A stretch of 63,267 nucleotides of DNA, the filler included, from Cercozoa sp. M6MM (lineage: Eukaryota > Protista > Endomyxa: Ascetosporea), in the NCBI GenBank assembly GCA_040357565.1. It is 8 parts of 8 records of this genome, joined end to end, with 100 filler letters (N's around TTAATTAATTAA, not from the genome) between each part and the next. Parts side by side here need not be neighbours in the genome. Positions count along the whole stretch, not along the records: positions 9,083 to 31,895 come from JBDODJ010000178.1; positions 31,996 to 37,288 come from JBDODJ010000929.1; positions 37,389 to 42,292 come from JBDODJ010001025.1; positions 42,393 to 47,116 come from JBDODJ010001065.1; 4 more parts are not named here. One strand, written 5' to 3'. Every line of letters starts with the position of its first letter. Position 1 is the first letter of the stretch. The notes beneath the pieces are model-generated. The model worked only from the letters and a program-made list of their open reading frames with translations, was not told the DNA's origin and did not search any database. The position numbers and the translations under genes are program-made. Below, piece after piece: positions 24,483-43,430 of the stretch.

Positions 24483-27400
24483 ATGTTTGGGGCACGTGCC
24501 ATCGCGGTGGCGAAACGCGTCGTTCGATCGAATGCGCGGCAGCGCTGGCAGCTGCCGGTGAGCGCAGTTAGCGACGGTGCTCACTCGGAGCGACCTAATC
24601 AGCGCAGTCGTCGCTTCTATGCCGGTCCAGCCACTGTGGATCAGGCGCAACCGCAGATCATGAAGGGTCACGTACGCTTGTGTTTTTTTAGTTCTGTGCT
24701 GGGTGCTGAGAGCCTGTGTCTAAACAGGCCAAGTCGCAAGAAAGCGAGGTTTCGGTGCGTGACATGGCGAGCATCCTCCGGGCGCATTTGTGGCCGAAGG
24801 ACGACCCATCCGTAGCTTTTTTTGGCTCCGGTGGACACGGAAAAGAAAAAACGTCATTGTGTGGCACAGGTGAGAGCGCGAGTTTCAGGTGCGCTGGGTT
24901 TGATTCTAGGCGCCAATTTGGTCAACGTCGCCGTGCCGCAGCTGTTCAAGCATGCTGTGGACACGCTGACGGCACTGGATGCTGCCACTGTTGCTGTAGC
25001 CTGTCTAAACTTGAGTCTTTCTTTATCGCTGCTTCTTTTGTCATTGCCTATATGTTTAATTTTGTAGACTGGCGCAGCTGCTGCACCAACCTTGGCACTG
25101 CTGGGCTGGGGTAGGCTTCGTTTGCCCTTTCATCCCTTTTATCTTTATCCCCCCCCCCCCCCTCACACAGGTGCTGCGAGGACACTTCACGCCGCGCTGA
25201 ATGAGTCGCGATCGGCGTTGTTTGCGTCGGTCACACAGCGGTACGGTTTGGATCGTTTATGCGTGTGTCTGTTTGAACGAGGTTGTTTGTGTACTAACAG
25301 GGGTGTGCGCGAACTGGCCAAGGACGTGTTTAACCACATTCTGCATCTGGACATGTCCTGGCATCTGGACCGCCAGACTGGCGCTTTGTCGCGCTCGATC
25401 GATCGTGGGTACCAACTTTGCTGGGAATTTGTTGACTCCCCTTACTATGCTTGAGTGTGTATGTAGTATGCGAGGCATCTCGTACACGTTGCGGAGTACC
25501 TTGTTCATGGTACACCGCTGACTCTGGCAGACTTTATGTCATACACAATGTCAGTCGATTGACACACACACAGGTGGTGCCCACTGTCTTTGAGATCGGT
25601 CTGGTGTGCGGCATTCTGCAGCATCAGTGCGGTGCACAGGTACAACTTCTTTTCTTTGGATGTAGCAGGAGGTTACTCTGATGCTTAGTACGCCGGACTG
25701 ACTGCGGGCACCATTGGAGCCTACATAGGTACCTGTTTCTAGTGAACAAGCTTGGTCTGTCTATCTTTTACTTTAATGCAGCCTGGACTCTCGCGATCAC
25801 GCAGAAACGAATTGCCATTCGCAAGTACTTTGTGTTCTTCTTGTCTAAAATTGTCTGTTGATGCTTACCAATATAGGGCAATGAACCAGCTGGACAGTCA
25901 GGCCAATGCACAGGCCATTGACGCCCTTATGAACTACGAAACTGTACCATTTGCCTTCGATCCTGACTAAGCTTTGATGAACATTTTTCGTCAGGTCAAG
26001 TTCTTCAACGGCGAACAACGAGAGACCAAGTCGTATCTTTTGCTTTTAGATTCGCTTTTTGTTTGTGCTTCATATTTGCTTGAATCGCCAGATACGACGA
26101 GAAACTGGAGAAATACCAAAAGGCCGCCTTGGAGACGGACACGTCGCTCGCACTGCTTAATTTCGGCCAAAAGGCCATCTTCACGGTATTCTTCTTATTT
26201 CTGGTATTTTTGGTTTTTGATGTTGACGACTTTTGCTGTTGGGTAGGCCGGTAGCACGGCTGCTCTGTATTTGGCGGCACAGCAGTGTGCGCGAGGCGAA
26301 CTGTCCGTCGGTGATGTCGTCATGATTCAGGTAGCTTGCTGACTTGTATTCTGGTTTTTATTATTTTTAATGTGAACTCTCTAATTTGGTTTGTTTCAGG
26401 CCTTTTTGGCGCAACTAGCGTTCCCGTTGAATTTTGTCGGTTCAGTGTACCGCGATGTGCGCCAATCCCTGATGGGTAGCATTTGTTTTTTAACGCTTTT
26501 CCCCGTTCTCTGGGTCTTGCTTTTTTGTTTTTTATTTCAAGCGCTTCTTGCGTGCGGCTGATCAGATCTGCAAGCGATGCTGTCGCTACTGAAGGCAAAG
26601 CCGCAGATCACATCGCCGCCGAACGCACCGCCTTTGTCACTCAAGGTAGCTTTAATTGATTGTTTACTTTTGAAAAACTCAAAAGAAAGAAAAAAACTGG
26701 TGCCCAGGGCGACAGTGTCGGCAGTGTGACGTTCGACAATGTGACGTTTTCGTACAACGAGGAACGACGCATTCTGGACGGCTGTTCCTTCAGTGTGCCG
26801 GCAGGCAAGGTGTGCTTTTTTTTTGTGAAATGAAAATGATGGATTTGGACTAAATTTTGGCGACAGTCAGTGGCGATTGTTGGACCGAGCGGGTGCGGCA
26901 AGAGCACGATCTTGCGATTGCTGTACAGGTTCTATGACCCTTCGCAAGGTAGCATCCGCGTGGACGGTCAGGAGATCACGCAAACGCAGTTGGTGTCTCT
27001 GCGCGATGCCATCGGCGTTGTGCCGCAGGACTGCGTTCTTTTCAACGACACCATCGCTAATAACATTGCTTATGGCAAGGAGCTGTGCACGAGGTGTGTT
27101 TACCTCTCTTTCTTACACTCAATTTACCCCCCCCCCCCCTCGCAGAGAGGAAGTGATCACTGCAGCAAAACGCGCGCGTATCCACGAGTCCATCATGCGC
27201 ATGCCACAGGGTAGCATCTTGTTCTACCACACACACACACACACACCCTTTTACATTCCCATACACAGGCTATGACACCTTGGTGGGCGAACGTGGTCTC
27301 AAACTGTATCTTTCACCCCCACCACCCCCTCCCCTGTACTTCCACACCGCAGTATACTGAATGTTGGATGTGCAGTTCTGGCGGTGAGAAACAGCGCGTC

Positions 27401-27913
27401 GCTATCGCTCGCATGATTCTCAAGGTGCTTTTTGCTCCCTACCTCCTTAACCCCTTTTACTCATACCTTCTCCCTGACGTCCTGTCCCCCAGGAGCCAGC
27501 CATTGTGGTGTGCGACGAGGCCACGAGTGCACTCGACACGCAGACCGAAGCTGGCATCCTGCGGTACTATACCCCTTGATTTCCAGCCTTACTCCCTACC
27601 TTGACCCCACCCCCTAGTGAGCTGCGCGAGTTGACGCGCGGCAAGACGAGCATCGTCGTGGCGCACCGTCTCAGCACCGTCGCCGACGCTGACATGACAC
27701 TCGTGATGCGCGAGGGCCGCGTCGTCGAGCAAGGTAGTCTAGCCCCCTACAGCTTACCTTCCATCCATTACCCCCCCCCCCCCGCGCGCAGGAACGCACA
27801 GGGAACTGCTGGCCAAGCAGGACTCGTTGTACCGCGAGATGTGGCTTGCGCAAGCACAGGCGCACCACGAGCACAGCACTGAGGAGACGACCGTGACCAT
27901 CGGGCCGCAGTAG
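24483..27913 (+). CDS. ATM1: Mitochondrial ABC half-transporter ATM1/ABCB7 (Fe-S export)
   Basis: Arg-rich presequence, then [42 protein letters not shown]|[23 protein letters not shown]; Walker [10 protein letters not shown]; signature [13 protein letters not shown]; Walker [12 protein letters not shown]; H-loop AHRLST. Confidence 0.96.
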
Positions 27914-28172
27914 CCACTCGCGTCGACTAGCTACGGCTAGTACTGTACTTTTAAGTACGGCATAGATAGCCTAGATAGCGATTCTCAGTGGCCCGGTCGG
28001 CATCGCATTGACCCCAAGTCACGGAACCATGTGCACGGCACGGCATACCAGCTTGAAACCGAACCGAATATGAGAACCCGGCAGCGGCAGCCGGAACCGA
28101 TTATTAGAACCGGAACCGATTGTGCAGTGGGAAACTATGTAGTGAGGCTGTCAACAGCCGTGCTTAGGGAGA

Positions 28173-29765
28173 ATGGAGAGCGTAGATGATCTCAGCGCGG
28201 AGCTAGACCGTCTGATGGAGGAGTCTGATCAGGCGTTTAAACAGGCTCATGCATTGCATGGGGTAGTGTGCATACCTTTGATCGTGATCGACGCGAGTTT
28301 TCACGGTGCTGACTGTTGTTTCTTTGTGTGTTCAGGAGAAGTTAGACCGCTGCTTAGAACTTCTGGAGCAGAGGATAGGCGAGAGTGGCGCCGGCGTAGA
28401 GTTGGGCGAGCGGGTGGCAACTCTCGCGATGAACCTTGGTCTCGAACCAACGTTGCGACGACGACAACCACTGCAAGTTTCTTCCGGTGAGTTGAATCTA
28501 CCCGACAATACTGGCGAAAGCACATGCATGTCGCGTTCTCCGTCACGCTCATCGCACACTTCGTCTCAATCTTCTTGCGCTTTGTTTGTACAAGGCGACA
28601 CAGGTTCGAAGGCTCGCGAAATCGTCACGAATTCGACTGACTCGAGGTGGCACAGCGAAAAAGGACGAAAGCGCGCGAAGCGGTGCCGAACCCACTCGAG
28701 ACGATTTCGAGCCAAGGCTCGACGATGCAGCTGCAGCAGACGGCGATGGATGCCGAACGAGCGGCGAAAAAGCAATTCGTGTTTCCGCACGCGTTCACTG
28801 CAGCGAAAGCGACCCCTTTTCGGCGACAGCAACGATGCCATGCCGCTCTCCAATGTGCGAGTATTCCCGTGATTTGTTCAATTTATATGTTCATGTCTCT
28901 CGTATGGAATGTGCAGGTGCGGGTGCAAAACCTCAACGCACCTGCTGGCCTCATCGACGAAGAAATCGTCGATGATTCCATTCTTGGGGTGTGTTGCTGG
29001 ACCCTTTGCCTATTCCATTGCTTCCGAATACCATACATGCGGGCAGAACGAGGGTTCAGACGACGAGGTGCTGCTTACCTCGCAGCGAACGAAAGTGCGT
29101 CGTCTGGCGGCAGATCGAGGCTCAGGAACGCGCGCGTCTCGCTGGCGAAGAACGTAGTGACCGGCCTTTGCTACCTCCTTACCCTCTTCCATTCCTTTTT
29201 AACCCCTTCCATCCTCTTGTTTACTCCCTCTTGTCTTTAGAGAAAACGGAGTTACACCAGCTGCAGCAGGAGTTACAGCCGGCCAAGCCGAAATCTTTCG
29301 GCGTGCATCGTGCCTCTGAATCAGCGAAACAGCTCTTCTCGATACGGCTCAGCAGAGTAGAGTTTGATTTACCCCCCCCCCCCTCTCACCCCTGCCTCGT
29401 TGTACATCTATCCCGGTGCTGTAGAGTGGGAGTGCGAGGCAGCAACAACAGTCGAAACGCAAGGATGCGCGAAAGCAGAGGCGCTACATCCTCATGTCCA
29501 ATGTACTGCCTTCCACACGTTTATGGTACATACGAGGTTGCTAAATCAGATCAAAGCAAACGCCGGAGTGCCGAGGTTTGCGAAATCTACGGCCTCGGCG
29601 CGCGGCAAGTCGCGCAAGCTGCAGTCCATCGTATCGAAGACACTGAGCCAACGCTTTTCCGACCCTCTTTCCGTCTGCCTTGTAGATCAGAGTATCAGTG
29701 CAGTCAGAGCGGCGGTAGAGGTCGTCGCAATATACCTGTTCACATGTGACCGAACGGCTGTTTAA
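28173..29765 (+). CDS. Hypothetical multi-exon protein (N-terminal coiled coil, basic C-terminus)
   Basis: MESVDDLSAELDRLMEESDQAFKQAHALHG|EKLDRCLELLEQR...; last exon IKANAGVPRFAKSTASARGK...; GT-AG introns. Confidence 0.55.
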
Positions 29766-31750
29766 CGAAGATGCGTGAACCACGCGCACGGCAGCAGGAA
29801 CTCCGCCAACACTTGCGCTGGAAAGCCGTAGAGCTGCGGGCACAGCTGACCGAGAACTGAGATGCACGAGATAGAAGATGTACACGCACACAGACACACG
29901 AGCGCATACATGACCCCACGTGCCTTGTTTGACAGATAGTTCATACCTAAGGCTGCACATTGATGGTGCGCTTGCAGAAGCTCGTTCATCACTTGAACCT
30001 ACGCAGACAATTCGCAAGGTTAGGTATATTGACACCGGGCAGAACGAGGCGCACGAGAGGACTTGTACCGTATGCGATCCGAAAGGACAGCGAGATTTGC
30101 GCGTACGTGCTTCGACTTGAAGAAGCTGCGTCCGCATCGGCAGCAGCAGCGACAATGTAGCAGGCGTCTGCTTTAATAAAACAGAGAAACCCGACAAGAT
30201 GAAGAAAGACAGAGACAGGGCAGGAAAAGTACCATAAGAGGGTCGCGAGTCAGGACACGACGCACCTGTCGCAGTCGGTCACGGATAGCACGCAGCAATA
30301 CCAACGAGATCCTCTTGTCCGAGGTATACCGCCGCAGGCTACAGCACAAGTAGGAGCGGTCCCATCTTTGACTTACATAACACGCCAGAGCTTTCAGGTA
30401 TACCAGCGCAGCAGGTGCATCAGCACAATCAAAGGTGTGCGCTGCACGACAAAACTTGCGCTTTCCGCAGATGTGCAGGTTTTGGCTATGCGTCATCTCT
30501 TTTTTAGGGTACGTTACATTTCATTGCATTTTCAGTGTCGATACCCATGCAGTAGAACAGATGTTCTGCAGGTAGAGGAGGCACGTCCTTGTTCACTTCA
30601 ATGGCGTCCGAAATGACATCAATGTCGTCTGCTAGCTGCAAAAAAGATAGTACTGGCGCAGATATAGAATGCAACACTGTAGTAAAGAGAACGTGGGGGT
30701 GAGGTATAACGGGATGCGATAAACAGCAAAAGCAGTACGAATCGGGAGCCGAGTGAACGAAAGCCCTGAGTACACGCGTGCAGCGTCCGCGAAAACAATC
30801 GCTCGTACAAATGCTTGCGACGAGAACGAATGCGCCGCAGCAATTCGAACACCTGGCTCAGCTTTTGAAGCGCCCAGGCTGAGCGCAACACACACATACA
30901 CACACACACACACACACGCACACATACACACACACACAGGGAAAAGTTCAGCTACTCTTGTTGTGTTTGACGGCCGCGAAATGTGCGCAAAAGAACACAC
31001 GCACAACGCATTGCATCAGCAGCTTGCACACTTCAAACGTCTCTCGAGCGAGCACTGCACCGACCGACAGTGTAAGTGTGTCTACATGACACGTTAATGG
31101 CAGGGGACTACCTCCAGGCAGATATTCTAGAAGCACCGTCAGCACAGTGCTCAGTGTCAGCTCGGCGTGTCGTTTGTGTCGTCGGCACAGCACGACCTAA
31201 ACACATGCAAATAAAACTCAAAACACACTTTACACCAACCTAACACATATAGAGCACCAGTACCACTGGGTTGTCGATAGCGAAGGCATAGCGAAACTCT
31301 TTGACTCGCTGTATCAGGTCGAAGGCAAAGCGAACGCACCACATGAATTCAGAGCGGACACAAAATGTGGAGAGTACCGGCGCCTGTCGCGAGGGCACGA
31401 CGCGCTGTGACATGACATTGCACAGTGCGCGGTTAATAGGCAGGTCTTGGCACAGCAGCAGAGCCGACACAGCAACCTCGGACGGGTGCACATCGAACAA
31501 CTATATGGGATACCACTCATGTACACGTTAACATCGATCCCAATCAAAGTTGCAAGCTACAATGTCAAGGAACGCCTTAGTGACGTTGCTTCTGGTACAG
31601 GTACAAATTGTACGCACCTACATTTGTTTGAGCAGGCACTCACATAGCCGACGTCGCGAAAGCCACAGACCAGAGATACCAGAACAACGAGCTCAAGGAA
31701 ATTCGCCTGTTCCAAGGACACGCGCAGTCGCAATTCTCGGTCTGTATCGA
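29762..31750 (-). CDS. Hypothetical helical protein, 5' end lost in the gap
   Basis: Leu-rich exons (ELRLRVSLEQANFLELVVL; FDVHPSEVAVSALLLCQ; LQKLSQVFELLRRIR) bounded by GT-AG. The 3' end is either 29762 or 29541 depending on the last donor site. Confidence 0.45.
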
Positions 31751-31753
31751 CAC

Positions 31754-31895
<142 letters not shown>

Positions 31896-31995
31896 NNNNN
31901 NNNNNNNNNNNNNNNNNNNNNNNNNNNNNNNNNNNNNNNTTAATTAATTAANNNNNNNNNNNNNNNNNNNNNNNNNNNNNNNNNNNNNNNNNNNN

Positions 31996-32036
<41 letters not shown>

Positions 32037-32063
32037 AAGGCGTAAGGGAAACGGCCAACACAC

Positions 32064-33028
32064 AGCGAGATCGTTGACGACGAAAGAGGCGTCGCGACGC
32101 GCCTGCCGAAACTCTTCGCGCTCCTCTTCGTTAAACAACAACTGCTCGCCCACTGCACAAGGAGGGGTAGGGGGTAGGGTGGAGGGGTAAGGCTAAGCAA
32201 CGCACAGTCGGGAGGGTACTTGGACAGTTGATACTACACGCACACACAGATACAGAGGGAGGGGGGTAAAGGGGTGGGGGGGGGGGGGTCAACCTCCTCA
32301 TCGATCTCGACAGTGCCGTCGCGCAGAAAGTCGTTCAGCTTGCCGATCAGTTGTACCGAGTCGCAGCACTGCACACACACACACACACGTGTCCACGCGG
32401 AGTGTCCACGCGGAGTGACCTGAGTGACCATAGATCCCTCAGAGTGACGACCCTACCTGTCGCAATCGCGTGATAATCGAGAAGAGTTTCTTCCACATGT
32501 TCTGCGGTTTCTCGTTCTCCTGCAGCAGCTGCTCCACGCGTTCCTGCATGAGGGGGGGGGGGGGAGTAGGGGGGGGGGGCAGGGGTAGGAGTAGGGGTAG
32601 GGGCAAGGGGTACCTTGGCACACGCCTGGATAAAGTCGTAGACGGTCTGCTCGAAGTCGTAGCAAAACTGCAGCGACGTCGTGTTAATGGTTTTCGTGAC
32701 AGGCAGCGCATCCGCGATCACGTCCTTGCCACGGCCTGGTCACAGGGGGTCAGGGGGGATTAAGGGGGAGAGGCAAACACTACGGGTCATGTTGGTGGTG
32801 ATCCAGAACTTGAGCTGCTTGAAGGCATCGCTGCCGTCGAGATAGGCACGCAGACTCTCGCCTTGCTCCCGCTCGCGCAACTCCTTGGCCGCTGGGGTGG
32901 GGGGGGGGGGGTACAGGGGGTAAGCTGAAGTATACAGTCTTGGTACACACGAGCGTGCGCAGCTTGCTTAAGAAGTTCTTGATGCCTGCACATACATACA
33001 CACATGCACACATACATACATACATACA

Positions 33029-33060
<32 letters not shown>

Positions 33061-36000
33061 CACACACACACACACCACACACACAAACAGAGGGAGAGCA
33101 CCCTTGACTCGCAGGAAGCGGAACAACGAGTACAAGTCCATCAGCTATCCACACACATCCTTATGTATGTCTATCTATACAAATATATATATATATATAT
33201 ATATGTGTACCTACATGTATAGAGATGGTACGCTGTTGTTGATGGGCGTGCCGGTGAGTGCCCAGCGATACACGGCTCGCAGGTCCACCACCGCCTGCCG
33301 CACACACAAACTCATACATATATACACATAGACACAGCTAGATGCTGCACACCTTGAAACGAATCGACTGGTGATTGCGGACCTGTACGGCGAGGGGGGG
33401 GGGGGGGCAGGGGTAAAGGGTTGGAGGAGGGGCCAGGCACAAGACAGCAAACCTTGTGTATCTCGTCGCAAATGATGCGGAACCAGCGACGTCGAAAGAG
33501 TGGTCCGCCCACCATCGGCATCAGTCTGGGTGCAGGGGTAAAGAGAGGCGTAAAGAGGGGCACAGAGGGGAGAGGGAAGGGGGTAAAGAGGATAAGAGGG
33601 GGGGGGGGGGGTAAACACGGAGGTCAAAAGCAGCCCACTGGTCATGCCGCTGCCGCTGCTTGCCCGTCTCTTCCTCCGCCTTCTTTTTCTTGTTGTTTGC
33701 GTTGTTGTTTTCTTTGTCCTGACTGGGCAACACTGTCACACACACATACACACATACACAACAAGTCTAACCCTATGTATATATACCTTATGTATATACA
33801 CATATTGTACATATATATATATGTATATATCTATATATATAAATATACCTACCATAGGTTTTGCCCTTGAATCGAATGCCGTAGAAGCGCGACTCAGATG
33901 CCAGTGTCGAGTAGGAGCACAACTAGACAGGGGCCGGGGGTTCAAGAGGGGAGGAGGGGCGAGCTGAAGGGGCAGGACACAGACACACCACCACCTTGGC
34001 GTGGGACAGACGGCGCAGGTTGTCGGGGTGCCAGCGCCTACTGCAAGGACCGTGGTAGATGCAGACGTCGTGCTCCGTGTAGGTCGTGGCTGAGACAAGG
34101 GTTGCAACAGGGAGGGAGGGGGTCAAGGGGGCCAAGGGGTACACACTCACCTTTGAGAAACTCCTCCTTCCACTGCGGCAGCTGTATTTATCAATGTCCA
34201 CACGCACACACACACACAGCATGTACAAATGTACAAAGCATATATATATATATATGTGTTAATGTATGTCATGTACCAAAGTAACTGGCGCGAGGATCAG
34301 GATTCCGCGCGGACGCATGTAGTCCGGCTTGACCCGACGCCACAGCCAGTTGCTATCCACCTGTCTCAACAGCACATGTCCAGTTTACCCCCCCCCCTTA
34401 ACCCCCCTGTCCTACATACTATCGAACCATGTGTGCGTGTTGCCTGCGCGGGCGTTGTCGCTTGCGTCGACCCGACTCGTCGAACACATTATCTTCTTCC
34501 TCTTCTACCAGCGGGAAGGGGTAGGAGGAGTGTGTGTGTGTGCGGGGGGGGGGGGGGGGGGTAAGACACCGTCGGAGAGGACAAAGCTGCGCGACTCGTG
34601 CCAATCCCAGTGCTCCAGGCCCGGCTCGAACTCGTCCTTGGGCGGCGGCCTGTGTCACCGATGCACACTGACACAGGGACACAAGGAGGTAAGGAGGACA
34701 CTACCCCTGCCGCTGCGGTTCCGGGTGCTGCGCGCACAGCGCAATCATCTGTAGCGTCTTGCCGAGGCCCATGTCTGTTGGGGTAGGGGTAGGGTAGGGT
34801 AGGGGTAGGGTAGGGTAGGGGTACAGGTGGGAATACCATCGGCAAGCAGACCGCCTGGTGTGCGTCTCAAGTCGCGCTACAAGCCAAACACACCTAGGGG
34901 ATCGGGGGAGGGGATAGGGGTAGGGGTAGCGGCAGGTGCACATTCTTGACGGCACGACGGAAGGCGAGTTCCTTGTGGTAGGCCAGTGCCAGGAACTCGC
35001 GCTGGTGCTCCAGGAGAGTCCTGTCGCCGGTCCACACGGCGCTGTTGACGTCCATGGCCTTGGGCTGCTTGTCGCCCGCCGCCGCCTCGGCCAGCATGTC
35101 CACTACGACCTGTTGGGGGGGGGGGGTAGAGGGTAGGGGTAGGGGCAGAGGTAGGGGTAGAGGGTAGGGGTAGTAGGTGATAGGAGCAGGCCAGAGGGGC
35201 AAGGTACGCGGAACTCGTCGTGCCGCCGGTCGCAGTTGTTGTCGAGAGCGCCGTTCTCGTCGAGCTGTGTCTCGTGTCCGTCATCATTCGAGTCGACGGC
35301 GTTGTTGCGCGACTTTTTGGACTTTGCGTCGTCCTGTGCGAGGGCGTTGTCGTCAGGTGCCTTCTCTCCCTCCTGCAGAGACGGACACGCAGAGACATAC
35401 ACACACGCAGAGAGACATACTGCCCTTTGTATATGGGGAGGGGACAGAGCTAAACTTAGTGTACGGCCTTGATGAAGCCGTCGTCAAAGACCCAGTCCAT
35501 GTCGTCGTCGCTGGGGTCAAAGTCGAAGGTGCTGCCGCCGCCCTTCTCGTCTGCCTGCTCGTCCTCCTGACTCTCACTCTCGTCGTCTTCTGCCTTCTGC
35601 TCAGCTTCTCCTCCTTGCTCCTGCTCGTCTCCTTCTTCCTCCTCCTGGTGCCTGTCCTCCTTTCGGACAGAGAGCGACTCAGGGTCGACGGCACTGCTGC
35701 CGGACTGACTGGACCGACCGGACTGACTGGACCGACCGGACTGACTGTCCTGCTCCGACACTGAGCTGCCGCCGCGGTGCCGGTGCAGCACCTGTCGGAA
35801 CAGCGAGGTCTGCAGTCCGCGCGGAAGCACGCTGCGCCGACTCGTATGTCTGCGAGTGCTGACAGACACACCAGTCAGCAGGGGAGGGGCAGGTGGGCAG
35901 GTAGGCAGGGCAGGCAGAAAGGAAGGAAGGGAAGGAGGGAGGCAAGAAAGCAGGGAGGGAAGGAAGAAGGAAGGAGGGAGGGAACGAAGCAGGGAGGGAA

Positions 36001-36284
36001 GGAAGGAGGGAGGGAAGGAAGAAGGTACACAGTCACACAAGCACGCTTCGCGGGAGGCGGCTCCTCATCGTCAGAGCAGAGGTCGATCAGGTCGTCGTCG
36101 TCCATCGGCTGCGTGAGCGAGTCCTCGTCGGCCAGGTCTGCGATCTCGTCTTCCAAATCCTCGTCATCGATGCTGAAGTCGAGGTCCTCCCCCTACGGTG
36201 GACGGACTCATCAAAAAAGCAACAACAGCAACATTGGCGGGATCACAAACAGATTTGCACCAGCTCAAAATCACTATCAGCCAT
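32064..36284 (-). CDS. SNF2-family ATPase, RAD5/RAD16-like group; C-terminal half lost in the gap
   Basis: LLEHQREFL; motif I DMGLGKTLQMIAL; Ia ILILAPVTL|LPQWKEEF; IYHG; LCSYSTLASE; motif II LFRRRWFRIICDEIHK; motif III RWALTGTPINNS|LMDLYSLFRFL; ITRLRQ|CCDS. The N-terminus is acidic. Confidence 0.92.
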
Positions 36285-36838
36285 CGAAGCCTCTGCCTTC
36301 ACACACAGCTCTGCGACCAGGCCTCTAGTCGCTGAGCAGTTTCGATCACTGCAGATCGTGATCGTTTCTTTTATCTTTCACTCGGGTGTTTGTACAAATG
36401 TACTCTTTTTTTGTCAAAGAGACAAAGCTTTTGGCAAGCCTGTAGTGTGTTCTGAGGCCGTCACTTAGTACAAAATCGCGTTCTAGCTGGTCAGTTTTGT
36501 TAGTACTTCAAAATATGCAGAAAGTTAAAATCTCTGTATATCGCGTTCTACGCGCTATAGTGTAGCGCAACGTGTCACCCGTGTGATTTTAACAGTGGGG
36601 ATTAACTTAATCGCATGTTTTGAGAGGTGTGACTTGCGTGCGGTTGAATGTTGTTTCTTTGGTCCCAATTCCCATCGACCGAGATTGTTTTCGCGCCTTG
36701 TAATGCGCGCTTTTCGCGCGTTTTGGCTGTTTCTTTTGTTTGGTAGGTAATAGGGTTTGATTTGAGAACAGGCGTAGGCCAGGATCTGGACAAGACAGAC
36801 GCTCTCACACTCCGAGGTCGCGAGACACGGACCGCGAG

Positions 36839-42277
<5,439 letters not shown>

Positions 42278-42392
42278 GTAGTTTACCCCCCCNNNNNNNN
42301 NNNNNNNNNNNNNNNNNNNNNNNNNNNNNNNNNNNNTTAATTAATTAANNNNNNNNNNNNNNNNNNNNNNNNNNNNNNNNNNNNNNNNNNNN

Positions 42393-43430
42393 GGCACTCA
42401 TACACCCGAGACGGTGGAATACGGAATCACGTCGTTCATCTACAAGAGAAGAAAGCCGTTCCACCCGCGACGTCTGGCCGACGCTCTGTTCCTTGACAAG
42501 GAGCAGCGGCGTGATATTGAGGTAATTTAACCCCCCCCCCCCCCCCGGTTACCCTTTACCTTCCCCCTTTTTCTGATCCCATAGGAGAATGGCGACTCGC
42601 ACGAGTTGTTGCCGGAGCCGGTGCGACTGAAGAAGGTGCTGCGGTCCAAGGGCTTCGCGTGGCTCGCCTGGCCCAACGATGCCGTGGTCGAGTGGGCCTC
42701 TGCCGGTGCCTCATGGGAACTCACAGTGGGAGGTGCCTGGTTCAGCGCTTCCTCGCAAGACGAGTGGCCTCTGCCGGAGGATGAGGAACAAGCGCAAAGT
42801 GTGCGTGAGGAGATTTTGGCCGACTTTGCTGACACTCTGGATGGCGACAGAAGGCAAGAAATCGTCTTTATTGGACAGCACCTGGATCAACAGGTACTTT
42901 GCACTCCCTGGCAACCAATTCCTTCTGTTAACATCACTCCTTACGTTCCCTTCAGGCCGTGGAAGCAGAACTGGACGCATTGTTGCTCACGGACGACGAA
43001 ATGAAGCAGAGAGAGGAGGCACTGCAAAAACTCGCAGAAGTGAGGGCTGCTGCCGAGAGTGAAGACAACAGTGACGCACTTGAACAGGCCATGATGGAAT
43101 TGGAAGGTACCAGCTCGTGTCTCTTCAGTTTTGAGTTCTATATCCATGCAAAAACGTGTGTGCGAAACAGGCGCTTACGCGATGGAAGGCTACCCTTTCA
43201 GCAACGCCGAGGCTGTGTATGACGATAACGACGAAGAAGAAGAGGAGGACGACGAAGAGGTAACATACTCATTTGCTTTCGCTGTCACACTTTGGATCGA
43301 CGGTGAGGTGCAACAATGATTTACATAGGACGGAGAAGCAGGCGAACAACAAACGTCTGACGGTGTCGCCGACGAGGTCACCATCTCGGGTGAGGAGGCC
43401 ATGCAACGAATGCAGGAGTCGCTGCTTTGA
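42393..43430 (+). CDS. COG0523/CobW-family Zn metallochaperone GTPase, C-terminal domain (5' truncated)
   Basis: HTPETVEYGITSFIYKRRKPFHPRRL...VLRSKGFAWLA...GDRRQEIVFIGQHLD..AELDALLLTDDE matches the CobW_C domain, followed by an acidic tail. Confidence 0.9.

Noticed and set aside
249-27913. Non-canonical splice sites or an alternative genetic code
   Set aside because: Junctions traced in ATP6V1E, DCAF5, HD, CCT3, ATM1 and MsrB resolved as GT-AG, and no in-frame stops were needed.
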